Shown in pieces: positions 1 to 12,088 of a DNA stretch of 38,915 bases. Position 1 is the stretch's first letter, and each line of letters starts with the position of its first letter. Location: positions 1-38,915 of the forward strand of contig NW_021835720.1 of assembly GCF_006345805.1 (NCBI RefSeq), read 5' to 3'. Made by a program: the position numbers and the translations under genes. The notes under the pieces were generated by a model, which saw only the letters and a program-made list of their open reading frames with translations, made no database searches and was not told where the DNA came from. The DNA is from Octopus sinensis (Eukaryota).

Positions 1-300
1 TCGAAAGAGCTGTTCTTCACTCCTGCTCCAGAGCATCGGCTGCGGGGCCATTCCGAAAAGCTCTACCTGCGACGATTTCATCTCAATTGAAGGAGAGGAG
101 CTTTCTCCGTCCGGGTTGCGGATCCGGAACAAGCTGCCAGACGAGATGGTGAAGATGCCGACGACCGCTTTGTTCAAAGCCTCCCTTGACCTCAAGTGGC
201 CTGAACTCTTTACATGAACACCACCCTGTACTTAACTCCATGTCCCCCTACATCGCCTTGCTATTTGCTTTTGAGCCAAATTAACTAACTAACTAACTAA
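1..300 (+). mobile_element. CR1-clade LINE 3' end (ORF2 C-terminus, 3' UTR, (TAAC)n tail)
   Basis: Translates as LRGHSEKLYLRRFHLN*RRGAFSVRVADP(fs)WNKLPDEMVKMPTTALFKASLD, matching the CR1 ORF2 C-terminal pattern RGH..KL...R..F..RV...WN.LP......FK..LD. Ends in TAAC repeats at 282-300. Confidence 0.85.
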
Positions 301-446
301 CATATGTATATATATATATGTGATTGTGTGTGTATGTATATGTATGTGTATATATATGTATATATACATGTGTGTATATATATATGTGTGTGTGTGTATG
401 TATATGTATGTGTGTGTGTGTATGTATATGTATATATATATATGTA
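301..446. repeat. Compound (TA)n/(TG)n microsatellite
   Basis: Direct reading of the sequence. Confidence 0.95.
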
Positions 447-454
447 TTACTCAT

Positions 455-841
455 TACTCTTTTACTTGTTTCAGTCATTTGACTGCGGCCATGCTGGAGC
501 ACCGCCTTTAATCGAGCAACTTGACCCCGGGTCTTATTCTTTTGTAAGCCCATTACTTATTCTATCAGTCTCTTTTGCCGAACCGCTAAGTAACGGGGAC
601 ATAAGCACACCAGCATCGGTTGTCAAGCAATGCTAGGGGGACAAACACACACACGCATATATACATATACATATATACGACAGGCTTCTTTCAGTTTCCG
701 TCTACCAAATCCACTCACAAGGCTTTGGTCGGCCCGAGGCTATAGTAGAAGACACTTTCCCAAGGTTCCACGCAGTGGGACTGAACCCGGAACCGTGTGG
801 TTGGTAAGCAGGCTACTTACCACACAGCCACTCCTGCGCCT
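455..841 (-). mobile_element. tRNA-derived SINE, family A (full length)
   Basis: Minus strand begins AGGCGCAGGAGTGGCTGTGTGGTAAG...GGTTCAGTCCCAC (A/B-box-like head), has an internal TA/TG tract and ends ...TGACTGAAACAAGTAAAAGAGTA. Several more copies occur in the window. Confidence 0.9.
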
Positions 842-1142
842 ATATATGTATATACATATATATATATGTATACCTTTTTGGGGTCCGATGAATTAAGTAC
901 CAGTTGTGTACTGTGGTCGATCTGATTGACTAGCCCTGTCCCCAAGAATTTTGGGCTTTGTATATAGAATAGGAAAAAAATATTTCCAATGTTGAATCAC
1001 TGTATCTTTTAACTATCCTCTTTATCTCACTGGCTCTTTTTTTCTATTTCAGAATATTGCATCCTGTTGACGTTAAAGAAATCTCTTCATTCAGATGTGC
1101 CTCTGATGTTTTTATCAACTTTCATCAACTAAAGGAAGATGA

Positions 1143-1809
<667 letters not shown>

Positions 1810-1824
1810 CATTCCAATACCTGT

Positions 1825-2382
1825 CTCTTTTACTTGTTTCAAACATTTGACTGTGGCCATGCTGGAGCACCGCCTTCCAGTCGAGTAAATCGACCTCGGG
1901 ACTTATTCTTTGTAAGCCTAGTACTTATTCTATCAGTCTCTTTTGCTGAACAGCTAAGTTATGGGGACGTAAACACACCACCATCAGTTGTCAAGCGTTG
2001 TGGCGGGACAAACACAGACACACAAGCATATACACACATACATATATATGACGGGCTTCTCTCAGTTTCCGTCTACCAAATCCACTCACAAGGCTTTGGT
2101 CGGCCCGAGGCTATAGTAGAAGATACTTGCCCAAGGTGCCACGCAGTGGGACTGAACCCGGAACCATGTGGTTGGTAAACAATCTACTTACCACACAACC
2201 ACTCCTGCGCCTATATACGATGGGCTTCTTTCAGTTTCCGTCTACCAAATCCACTCACAAGGCTTTTGGTTGGCCCGAGGCTATAGCAGAAGACACTTGC
2301 CCAAGATGCCACGCAGTGGGACTGTACCCGGAACCATGTGGTTGGTAAGCAAGCTACTTACCACAAAGCCACTCCTGCACTT
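1825..2382 (-). mobile_element. Family A SINE with a tandemly duplicated 5' head
   Basis: Full copy at ~1825-2215, followed by a second ~165-bp copy of the head region at ~2216-2382. Confidence 0.9.
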
Positions 2383-2620
2383 GTGGTAATTATTTTTGGG
2401 GAAATGGTGTTTTAACTATACTTCTCCTGACCCCAACTTCTTCTCTTTATTCCCACATAATTTCTCTCTTCACTGACATCCCCCTCCACCTACAAAGACT
2501 TTCTCACTTTCCTGAGCATCAAATTAATACACCTGCTCATTGATTATACACCTGTCATCTTTTTTGTTTTTCTGTAAATTTCAAGTAATTTTTATTGAAC
2601 TTCTAGTTCAGAAAATAAAA

Positions 2621-3052
2621 ATGACAGCCCCTATTCTTACTAACGAAATGAAAAGGCATGCTGTGATTGTGGCTTTGATTGCTAATCATGGTGATTTAGA
2701 AATTTCTCGTTTTCTAAAAGTTGCAAGATCTTTCGTTCACAAGATTCGTTGCGAGTTAGAAAAAGATGATGGAAATGTATCACCTGTCTCAAAACGTAAA
2801 AAACATTCCAAGCGCTCTGATTCTATCAGGACACCTGAATTTATTCAGGAAGTTAAGCAAAACATTAGAGACAATCCAGGAAAATCAATGAGGTCAATCG
2901 CAAAAAAAAAAAAAAAAAAAAATTTTGTTTGTCGAAAAAAACGATCCGAAATATTGTACATGAAGACATCAGATACAAATCTTGCGAGAAGGAAGAACGA
3001 AAGAAAACTGATTTATCAGATCCGAAAGACTTTTGAGTATCTAAATGCATCA
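2621..3052 (+). mobile_element. Tc1/mariner-superfamily transposase N-terminal (DNA-binding) fragment, decayed
   Basis: MTAPILTNEMKRHAVIVALIANHGDLEISRFLKVARSFVHKIR...IRTPEFIQEVKQNIRDNPGKSMRSIAK, then after frameshifts TIRNIVHEDIRYKS and TKEN*FIRSERLL. This is the bipartite HTH region typical of maT/DD37D-like mariner transposases. No DDD domain is present. Confidence 0.8.
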
Positions 3053-3376
3053 ACACAACAATGGCTTTGATGGTGCTGGATTTTTGTGGAATTTTATTAC
3101 ATGGCAAACAATTATGAATATTCTGTCTACTAAAAGACGGGATTTTTTTCTTCTTCAAATTTTACCTTGTCAAATACAGTTTCTTGGATGTCAACATGAA
3201 ATTCATGAATCACAACTTCAATATCATTTATATATCTAAATATATCAACACAGAGATGACTTTGGTTTCTGAAGATGATTGTGCTGGATTTTTGAGGAAT
3301 TTGTTTTGAGAGAATAAAGGAATGGGAATAAGGAATAAAAGTTTTAAGTGACATTGATTTTGTCTTTGTTGTGTTT

Positions 3377-3553
3377 TCATCATCATCATCATCATCCTAC
3401 TCCTACTCCTCCCCTTCCTCCTCCTCCTCCTCCTCCTCCACATCATCATCCTCATCATCATCAACCTCATCCACCTCTTCATCCTCCTCCTCCGCATCAT
3501 CATCAACCTCATCCACCCCTTCATCATCATCATCTTCCTCCTCCTCATCATCC
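3377..3553. repeat. (CAT)n/(CCT)n compound trinucleotide repeat
   Basis: Direct reading; adjoins a decayed RTE 3'-end copy (family C, minus strand) at ~3575-3665. Confidence 0.95.
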
Positions 3554-3673
3554 TTTAACATCCATTTTCTATGCGGGCATAGGTGGGAAAATATGACATG
3601 AGATGTCAAACCAGAGTGCTGCTCCAGGTTCAAGTCAGGTTTGGCTTGGTTTTTTGGGGCTCTATGCCCTTAA

Positions 3674-3893
3674 CCCTTTTGTTACAAACCCGGCTGAAAC
3701 CGCCTATGGCTCTGTAGTACAAATGTCTTGTTTTCATAAGTTCTGAATTAAAATCCTTCACCAAACCTTAGTCACAATTTATGTTCCTAACACTAGCCTA
3801 ATGATAACTAAGTTATTTTACTAAATTCTTTGTTATATTTAAGTATATTGAAAGAAACACAGAGCATCTCGACAGAATATGGTAACAAAAGGG
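3674..3893. mobile_element. piggyBac-type MITE, copy 1
   Basis: TTAA|CCCTTTTGTTAC...GGTAACAAAAGGG|TTAA; 220 bp. Confidence 0.9.
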
Positions 3894-3924
3894 TTAAAAT
3901 ATATAATAGAGAAACAATTCTTAA

Positions 3925-4143
3925 CCCTTTTGATACCAACCTGGCTGAAACCACCTCTGGCTCTGTAGTACAAATGTCTTGTTTTCATAAGTTTTGAATT
4001 CAAATCTTCCACCAAACCTTAGTCACAATTTATGTTCCTAACACCAGCTTAATGGTAACTAAGTCATTTTACTAAATTCTTTGTTATTAAAATTAATTGA
4101 AAGAAACACAGAGCATCTCAATAGAAATATGGTAACAAAAGGG
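3925..4143. mobile_element. piggyBac-type MITE, copy 2
   Basis: TTAA|CCCTTTTGATACC...GGTAACAAAAGGG|TTAA; 219 bp; roughly 90% identical to copy 1 by eye. Confidence 0.9.
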
Positions 4144-4167
4144 TTAAAGTCACCATGATATTCTTAA

Positions 4168-4388
4168 CCCTTTTGATACCAACCTGGCTGAAACCACCTC
4201 TGGCTCTGAGTACAAACGTTTTGTTTTCATAAGTTCTGAATTAAAATCCTCCACCAAACCTTAGTCACAATTTATGTTCCTAACACCAGCTTAATGATAA
4301 CTAAGTTATTTTACTAAATTCTTTGTTATATTTAAAATTAATAGAAAGAAACACAGAGCATCTCAAAATAAATACAGTAACGAAAGGG
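4168..4388. mobile_element. piggyBac-type MITE, copy 3
   Basis: TTAA|CCCTTTTGATACC...AGTAACGAAAGGG|TTAA; 221 bp. Confidence 0.9.
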
Positions 4389-4484
4389 TTAAGCTACATG
4401 GCGTATTTTATAAATATGCCTGTTCAAGTATCATAATAGCATGAAAACTAGTAGCTCTTTCGGTTGTGTAATTTAATTTGATAT

Positions 4485-4879
4485 GGATCTTTTCGGTTTG
4501 AACGGAAGTTTTTTCTAGCAGTGTCATATGAAATTGTCACCCATAATTATAACCCTAGTATCGATCTGTTTTAGGGCAAAGGGTGGGGGAAGGGTATCTT
4601 TATTCCTTCAGAAATGTAAATAAACCCAATCTGTTTCTGAAACGAGGGACATATTCATACGGCACAGAATGTTTTAACCGCAATAGATGTCATTGATTGG
4701 TTGAAATTCCAGAAATTGAAGAAAAAACCCCACAAATATCTTACGAACTATAGAATTTTCTCAATAAAGCCAAGAGAAAAAGATGTTTTATAAACACATT
4801 CTACCAGTATACGAAGTTTAAAAGTGTTTAGTTACGTGGAAATTATTTTAAAAAACTGCCGGTCAAACCGAAAAGATCC
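4485..4879. mobile_element. Non-autonomous TIR element (MITE/foldback family), copy 1
   Basis: ~29-bp TIRs GGATCTTTTCGGTTTGAACGGAAGTTTTT / AAAAACTGCCGGTCAAACCGAAAAGATCC, followed by TA. Confidence 0.75.
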
Positions 4880-5459
4880 TAGAATATACAATTACACTTT
4901 GTTAAAATAATCTGGTGAGGATTTAAAAAAAAATTGAAGATGGAGTTATTGACAGAAAGGGACAAAGTTAAAAAAACACCGGTACGAATCCAACAAGTCA
5001 GTAGCGCTCTCTATTGGAGAATTAAGGAAATACAATTATATCAGGGGAAACAACTTCTACACCACATCAACTACGTGGCCAAAAAAGCTAATTAAGGTGC
5101 TTAATTACCGATCACTGAGTCGCTGTTTATTTGTGAATTCGGTAAGTTGACAAAGATTTACTTTAAGGCTGTAATAGTGTTGATAATACTACTAATAATA
5201 ATGTAAATAATAGAATTCTGTGAACCTCTCGATGTTACAGTAATTATTTTTCGAAGCGGGAACCTGACAACAATTAGGAAAATATATTTGCTCGTCTTAA
5301 TTAATAACTTCTGAACTGAAATGTTGATTTGTTGTTTATAAAATACAATGACCGACTGTTACATGTGATAGAACTGAAATTAATTGGTAAAATGATAATA
5401 AAACAGCGTAATTAATTAGTTGAATGTGAGGAGTCCGATTGAAGAATTCCACATTAATA

Positions 5460-6077
5460 TATTTCTTGCATTTCGGGAATTTCAACCAATCAATGACGTC
5501 CGTTGAGGTGAAAACGATTTCTGCCGTATAATTTTCTGGCGGCGTTATATGAAAATGTCCCTGTTACATATTATATATTTGTTTAAGAAACAGATTGGGT
5601 TTATTTACATTTCTGAAGAAAAAAAGTTACCCTTACCATCACCCCTAACTCTAACCCTAACCCTAAAACAGATTGAAATACTTACTGATCAGACCTCATA
5701 TACACAAGACCTCAGAAATAATGTTTTTTATTGAAAATATTACAGTTGTAAAACGATACCCTTCCCCCCAACCCTAACACAGATTGAAATGCAATAGATC
5801 GATACTAGGGTCATAATTATGGGTGGACACTAAAAAGGGAACGGTTTTGTTTTCCAGAATGACCTCTCAGTTTATGGCCACTGGGTATCTTTTCTCTCAT
5901 AAAAATCAGGGACATTTTCATATGACACCGCCAGTAAATGTTACGGCAGAAATCGTTTACACCTCAATAGATGTCTGTGATTGGTTGAAATTGACGAAAT
6001 GCAAGGAATTAAACAACAAATATATTACAAACTACAGAATTTTCTCAAGGAAGCCAAGAGAAAAAGCGAAAAGATCC
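5460..6077. mobile_element. Same foldback family, copy 2, with ~105-bp internal inverted arms (5460-5563 / 5907-6010)
   Basis: Arms are about 85% complementary. Right end is GAAAAGATCC|TA as in copy 1. 5580-5680 is the reverse complement of ~4560-4640. Confidence 0.75.
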
Positions 6078-6796
6078 TAATGATGTGTAGGGCATTGCCC
6101 ATGGGCTCATCGTAGACAACATGAAGACAGGGACCTTCACTGCTGGCTAGCTAGTTAGTGAGCTGGTCCAGGAAAGGGAATTCCGGCCGTGCAAGATGAA
6201 GTCTTAAATCAAACATTTTTCTGAAAGGTAGAGGTGAAGTGTGGTGTAAACTTGTGTGGGTATACCAATGTTTCAACACCTCAATGAACTCTGACCCCTG
6301 TAAACATTGACATTAAATGTCTGACAGTGTTCATGTTGTAATATTTACAATGTTGAATTACTATGTCACTTGACTATCCTCTTTATCTTACTGTTTCTTT
6401 TTCTGTTTCAGACTATCACATCATGTTGACATAAAAGGAATTACTTCGTTCAGATGTGCCTTTGATATTTTTATCAACTTTCATCAACTAAAGGAAGACG
6501 ATATATTTATAAGTAGCCTTCATCTATACATCAACGTTTCTATATAAATATAATCTATGACAAACAACAGTGAAATATATTTCTTGTCTTCACTGTCTGG
6601 AATGTAGAGGAGGTGATTGCTTTACAAGTTTGGATAACTTTACAAACGAGTTGACAGTTTTCACCTGTTGATTTAGGTATTAAGTAAGATCACAGATGAA
6701 AGAAAGATTAACATTAAATTATTCTCTGAAAAAACTGATGCAAATGAACACAAACATATTCATGGAAAGGAAAAAAACAGTATTATTGTGATATAT

Positions 6797-8380
6797 ATGA
6801 CAAATTATCCTGTCATAATGAATAAGTTAACTGAACCTAAAAACTCTGATACAAGAGAGAAACGATATCGTTGTGATATCTGTGGTAAATCATTCTCTAG
6901 AAATTGTCACTTGACTACACATAAACGTATTCATACTGGAGAGAAACCATATCATTGTGATATCTGTGGTAAATCATTCTCTAGAAATAGTCACTTGACT
7001 ATACATCAACATATTCATACAGGAGAGAAACCATATCGTTGTGATATCTGTGGTAAATCTTTCTCTCAAAATAGTGGCTTGACTATCCATAAACGTGTTC
7101 ATACAGGAGAGAAACCTCATCATTGTGATATCTGTGGTGAATCATTCTCTCAAAAAAGTCACTTCTCTATTCACAAATGTATTCATACAGGAGAGAAGCC
7201 ATATTGTTGTAATATCTGTGGTAAATCATTTTCTGATAATGGCAATTTAACTCGACATAAACGTATTCATACAGGAGAGAAACCATATCATTGTGATATC
7301 TGTGGTAAATCATTTACTGAAAGTGGTCACTTGAATAAGCACAAGCGTATTCATACAGGAGAAAAGCCATATCATTGTGATACCTGTGGCAAGTCATTCT
7401 CTGAAAGTGGTGTCTTAACTAAACACCAGCGCATTCATACAGGAGAGAAGCCATTTCATTGTAAGATCTGTGGCAAATCATTCTCTTGTAATAGTCATTT
7501 GACTACTCATAGACGTCTTCATACTGGGGAAAAACCATATCACTGTGATATCTGTGGTAAAACATTCTCTCGAAGAATTCACTTGTCTGATCATAAACGT
7601 ATTCATACAGGAGAGAAACCTCATCATTGTGATATCTGTGGTGAATCATTCTCTCAAAAAAGTAACTTCTCTATTCACAAACGTATTCATACAGGAGAGA
7701 AGCCATATTGTTGTAATATCTGTGGTGAATCATTCATTGCAAGTGGTAGCTTGAATAAACACAAGCGCATTCATACAGGAGAGAAACCATATCATTGTAA
7801 TACCTGTGGTGAATCATTTTCTGATAATAGCACTTTAACTCAACATAAACGTGTTCATACAGGGGAAAAACCATATCATTGTGATATCTGTGGTAAATCA
7901 TTTTCTCATAATAGCACTTTAACTAAACATAAACGTATTCATACAGGAGAGAAACCATATCATTGTGATATCTGTGGTAAATCATTCTCTGAAAATAGCC
8001 ATTTGATTTGTCACAAACATATTCATACTGGAGAAAAACCATATCATTGTGATATATGTGGTAAATCATTTTTTGACAGTGGTAACTTGAATAGGCATAA
8101 GCGTGTTCATACAGGAGAGAAACCATATCATTGTGATATCTGTGGTAAATCATTTTTTGACAGTGGTAACTTGAATAGGCATAAGCGTGTTCATACAGGA
8201 GAGAAACCATATCATTGTGATATCTGTGGTAAATCATTTTTTGACAGTGGTAACTTGAATAGGCATAAGCGTATTCATACAGGAGAGAAACCATATCATT
8301 GTAATATCAGTGGTAAATCATTCTCTGGAAGAAGTGTCCTAACTAAACACCAGTGCAGGACAGAAACCATATCATTGTGA
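6797..8380 (+). CDS. C2H2 zinc-finger protein ZNF-B (17 intact fingers plus 1 degenerate; no KRAB/SCAN recognised)
   Basis: Uninterrupted ORF 6788-8380 (first ATG at 6797) of 28-aa CxxCGKSF...HxxxHTGEKP repeats. Candidate acceptor TTCTGTTTCAG ends at 6411. Confidence 0.92.
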   Translation: MTNYPVIMNKLTEPKNSDTREKRYRCDICGKSFSRNCHLTTHKRIHTGEKPYHCDICGKSFSRNSHLTIHQHIHTGEKPYRCDICGKSFSQNSGLTIHKRVHTGEKPHHCDICGESFSQKSHFSIHKCIHTGEKPYCCNICGKSFSDNGNLTRHKRIHTGEKPYHCDICGKSFTESGHLNKHKRIHTGEKPYHCDTCGKSFSESGVLTKHQRIHTGEKPFHCKICGKSFSCNSHLTTHRRLHTGEKPYHCDICGKTFSRRIHLSDHKRIHTGEKPHHCDICGESFSQKSNFSIHKRIHTGEKPYCCNICGESFIASGSLNKHKRIHTGEKPYHCNTCGESFSDNSTLTQHKRVHTGEKPYHCDICGKSFSHNSTLTKHKRIHTGEKPYHCDICGKSFSENSHLICHKHIHTGEKPYHCDICGKSFFDSGNLNRHKRVHTGEKPYHCDICGKSFFDSGNLNRHKRVHTGEKPYHCDICGKSFFDSGNLNRHKRIHTGEKPYHCNISGKSFSGRSVLTKHQCRTETISL

Positions 8381-9435
8381 TATCTATGGTAAATCATTCT
8401 CTGGAAGAAGTGTCCTAACTAAACACCAGTGCAGGACAGAAACCATATCATTGTGATATCTATGGTAAATCATTCTCTCAAAAACGCCATTTATGTACAC
8501 ATGTGAGTCTTCACACAAAAGTGCAACCATTCAGTATTAATCTTTATTACAACAATTATGACTATTTTTTTCTGCTGAAAGGCAGGGCTATTTTTATCTC
8601 TTCAAATATGATGTTATCGACTTCAATTTCAATAATGTCAACATCAAATTCATGAATGTCATGTATATATATGGAAGTATATCAACAATGCCTTTGATTT
8701 CTGAAGATGATTGCTCTGGACTTTTGAGCAATTTGTTTTGAGAGAATAAAGAAATGGGAATAATGAATAAAAGGTTACACTGAAGTTGATTTTGTCTATG
8801 TGTTTTCATCATTGTCGCTCTTATCATCATCATCCTTTAGTGAAATTTTTTTTTTTACTGGCATGGGTGGCACAGTGTGACATGAGCTAGCAAACCATGA
8901 TGCTGCACTGGGTTCCAGTCTGATTTGTTTGGGTTTCTTTGGGTGTATTCTCCTAATGCTAACCTGTTCACAGTTTATGCTGTGTGCTTCAAGTATATGT
9001 GTATGTGTGTGTGTGTGTGCATATACATACATATATATATATATCCTTTCAAAATTTCTCCCAGGCATTGCCCATTACAATTTATCTTTTCCTAGTGGCC
9101 CCTAATGTTTGCTTTATGGATTGTTTACTCTGTATGTCCACTCTGTTGCTGTTTGTTCATTTGAAGCCCTAAATCTCCACAAATTTTATATTTTCAAAAT
9201 TTCTGGATGCTGCCCTCTAATGAAGTTTTCCTATCACTTCGTTGACAGTATGAAATAGGGAGTAAGAAATAGCCGACAGCTGAGGAGGGGTTAGACATCT
9301 TTTGGTACTTTGTCTTGTACCCATCTCTCCTTACATGTTTATGTAATTTTCACTTATTGGTGATATCCTCTGACGTAACGTGTCTTTTCTTAATTTTTAT
9401 TCGTAGTCGAATGTCACGCAGTCTTGTCCACGGAT

Positions 9436-9636
9436 GGCAAACGGCAGAATCATTAGCACACAGTGAAATGCCTAGTGGTATTTTGCTCATAGCTTCATTC
9501 TGAGTTCAATTTCCACCGAGATTGACTTTGCCTTTCATCCTTTTGGGGTCGATTAAGTACCAGTTACGCACTGGGGTTGATGTAATTGACTTAATCCCTT
9601 TGTCCTTATTTGTCCCCTGTGGGCAATTAAGAAATA
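9436..9636 (+). mobile_element. tRNA-derived SINE family B (diverged copy)
   Basis: GGCAGAATCATTAGC...TTCTGAGTTCAATT...GACTTTGCCTTTCATCC...GGGGTCGAT...AAGAAATA; homologous to 22194-22428. Confidence 0.85.
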
Positions 9637-9655
9637 TATATATATATATATATAT

Positions 9656-9882
9656 AAGAATTTTTTGCGTAATAAGATAAAAAACCAAGGCTGTATAGAT
9701 ATTAGGGCATTTATAGATAGGTCTTACAGCATCTTTTCTAGGATATTAATTAATAATATCCCTTCATCGGAGACAGTGTGAGAGGAAAAATTAATATCCT
9801 AGAAACAGCTGTAAGACCTATCTATAAATGCTCTAATATCTATACAGCCTTGGTTTTTTATCTTATTACACAAAAAATTCTT
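9656..9882. mobile_element. Hairpin MITE, ~95-bp arms with 37-nt spacer
   Basis: 9656-9751 is the near-perfect reverse complement of 9789-9882; sits in TA-rich flanks. Confidence 0.85.
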
Positions 9883-10424
9883 CTATACACACGCTGAGAT
9901 AGAACCAACGTTGAACCCTTTATTTGCAATATTACCGATTCTGGAACTTAACTATAGTCTGTCTATAGCACTTATTCAGCATTACCTGTGGGTCTCAATG
10001 ACACCATTATCTCTATCTATAATTTATATGTGTGTATATATCTATATATATATATATATATAAATTATAAGATGACAAAGAAAACTCTTTGACACATCTC
10101 ATGGCTAGTCAGTACAAACGGTTCCACTGGTACTAAAATTCGTCTGATGGGCGAAAATTTATTTGACCACCATACGATCTTCACCAGCGACAACGGAAAA
10201 TAGGAAAAACCATAAAACAGATAATGTGACAATGACCATGGAACCAAAGAATGAAGATATTTATGATGTTTGTGGTGGGGGAGTTGTGTGGTCTGTGTTA
10301 CTGTAGCATAAATCGCCTCCCAGCAAACATCGTGACCTTAGAGTGTGCAGGCAAGGGAAAAGAGAAACAAAAAGAGTGTGAATTATATTGTATGTATGTG
10401 TGTGTATATATATATATATATGTA

Positions 10425-10770
10425 TACTCTTTTACTTGTTTCAGTCATTTGACTGTGGCCATGCTGGACTTATTCTTATGTAAGCCCAGTACTTATTCTA
10501 TCGGTCTCTTTTGCCGAACCACTAAGTTACGGAGACGTAAACATACCAGCATCAGTTGTCAAGCGATGTTGGGGGGACAAACACAGACACACAAGTATAT
10601 ACACATACACTTGACGGGCTTCTTTCAGTTTCCTTCTACCAAATCCACTCACAAGGCTTTGGTCGGCCCGAGGCTATAGTAGAAGACACTTGCCCAAGGT
10701 GCCAAGCAGTGGGACTGAACCTGGAACCATGTGGTTCGTAAGCAAGCTACTTACCACACAGCCACTCCTG
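10425..10770 (-). mobile_element. Family A SINE (small internal deletion)
   Basis: Homologous to 455-841. Confidence 0.9.
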
Positions 10771-11164
10771 TCTGTTCATATAGTCTATATACCTATCCGT
10801 CTGTATATTGATCTGTTTATGTACATACCTAAATGCTTACATACAAAAATAAAAAATATTTACGGGTGAGTGTGTTAAATAATAAGGCACTAAAAGAGAA
10901 TGACTCTCCCCAGACAACAGAATATGCTTCAACACACGAACTCATATAAAGAATCTTGCAAACCAAATCCAAAAACGAAATAGAACGAACATTATTTAGA
11001 ATAGAATAAAAAGGAATTAAATTAAAGTTACGTGACTTAAATTTATCCCCAATTCCCACTGAAACATCTAAGATAGTAGATCATTTTTGATATAGTGATT
11101 CTGTGGTATTTTAAAATTTGATCAAATGTAAAATTTTCATTATCATCTCGAAGTTCGTCAGATT

Positions 11165-11415
11165 CATCATCATCATCATTTAGTGTCCGCTTTCCATGCT
11201 AGCATGGGTTGGACGGTTCGACTGGGGATCTGGGAAGCCAGAAGGCTGCACCAGGCTCCGGTCTTATCTGGCAAAGTTTCTACAGCTGGATGCCCTTCCT
11301 AACGCCAATCACTCCGTGAGTGTAGTGGGTGCTTTTTACGTGCCACCTGCACTGGAGCCAGGCGAGGCTGGCATCGGCCACGGTCGGATTGGTGCATTTT
11401 ACGTGCCACCTGCAT
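11165..11415 (-). mobile_element. Family C repeat: 5'-truncated RTE LINE 3' UTR with (GAT)n tail
   Basis: Reverse complement matches 35690-35889 (GGCACGTAAAAAGCACCCACTACAC...AGGAAGGGCATCCAGCTGTAGAAAC...GATGATGAT). Confidence 0.85.
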
Positions 11416-11689
11416 GAGAAATGTTGTTTTGAAATGCTGAAGATTATTTTCTAGAAATGAATTATAAAGTTACAAGTTAGAATTTCTGTTATTTTAGCCA
11501 GTCAAAGGCCTACATTGGCGATATTTCATCTGTACTGATCAGCACACACACAAAACGTTTATGTGGTCTCCCGATCCGCTAGAAATAGCAGGTTAGATAA
11601 CCATACAGTGAACCTTGGTTTACGAATTTTCATCTTTCCTGAAGACCTTTTCTTGTCTGAAATGTTCGTAAACCGAAAGAATTTTCTCA

Positions 11690-11900
11690 GTGTGGCTGTG
11701 GGGTAAGAATCTTGCTTCACATCCATATAGTTCTTGGTTCAGTCTCACTGCATAACAGCTTGTGGAAGTGTCATGTACAACAGCCTAGGGCCAACCAAAG
11801 CCCCGGGAGTGGATTTCGTAGACGGAAACTGAAAGAAGCCCGTAGTGCGTGTATTTGTGTCATTGTGCCCCACCATCGCTTGACAATCTGTAATGGTTAC
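11690..11900 (+). mobile_element. Old family A SINE, 5' two-thirds
   Basis: GTGGCTGTGGGGTAAG...GGTTCAGTCTCACTGC...GTAGACGGAAACTGAAAGAAGCCCG. Confidence 0.8.
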
Positions 11901-12088
11901 GGTGTATCGGAATATGGTGAGGTGAACGGATGTGATAGGCATGTGGATGCCTTCGAAATAAGCAAATGAACGACGTCGATTTATAGTTTAAATAATTTAT
12001 TTACGGGACTTGCATTTGCTGTTGATATACAGTTTTTCATTACATTAATCTGTTGTCAACTGCTACGAGTTGAGAGGAATAAAAGCAA

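Noticed and set aside
293-636. ORFs rich in YI/HT/CV/MY dipeptides here and at 17651-18107, 22949-23247, 24368-24955, 26717-27728 and 29709-30296
   Set aside because: They are translations of TA/TG/TACA microsatellites, which lack stops in several frames.
1834-2389. Recurrent ORFs such as MPKVPRSGTEPGTMWLV... (also 630-896, 10251-10741, 12360-12689, 29500-29700)
   Set aside because: Translations of family A SINE copies.
3228-3633. His/Pro-rich, poly-Ser and poly-Glu/Asp ORFs
   Set aside because: All are frames of the CAT/CCT repeat that grew from a LINE tail; the paralogous site at 8806 lacks it.
3670-4392. Repeat-spacer-repeat layout resembling a CRISPR array
   Set aside because: The repeats are 220-bp TIR elements with TTAA target sites in a eukaryotic context; no cas genes.
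5642-5666. Interstitial telomere
   Set aside because: Only about 3-4 imperfect CCCTAA units, inside a repeat element.
6412-6796. KRAB, SCAN or BTB effector domain upstream of the fingers
   Set aside because: No such motif in any frame, and stops separate this region from the finger ORF.
7545-8294. Alternative-frame and antisense ORFs over the zinc-finger arrays (also 1481-1666)
   Set aside because: By-products of the 84-bp periodicity; no independent coding signal.
10050-10380. Moderately complex sequence that might be an exon or TE fragment (likewise 10810-11060)
   Set aside because: No recognisable motif or consistent splice sites in any frame; left unassigned.
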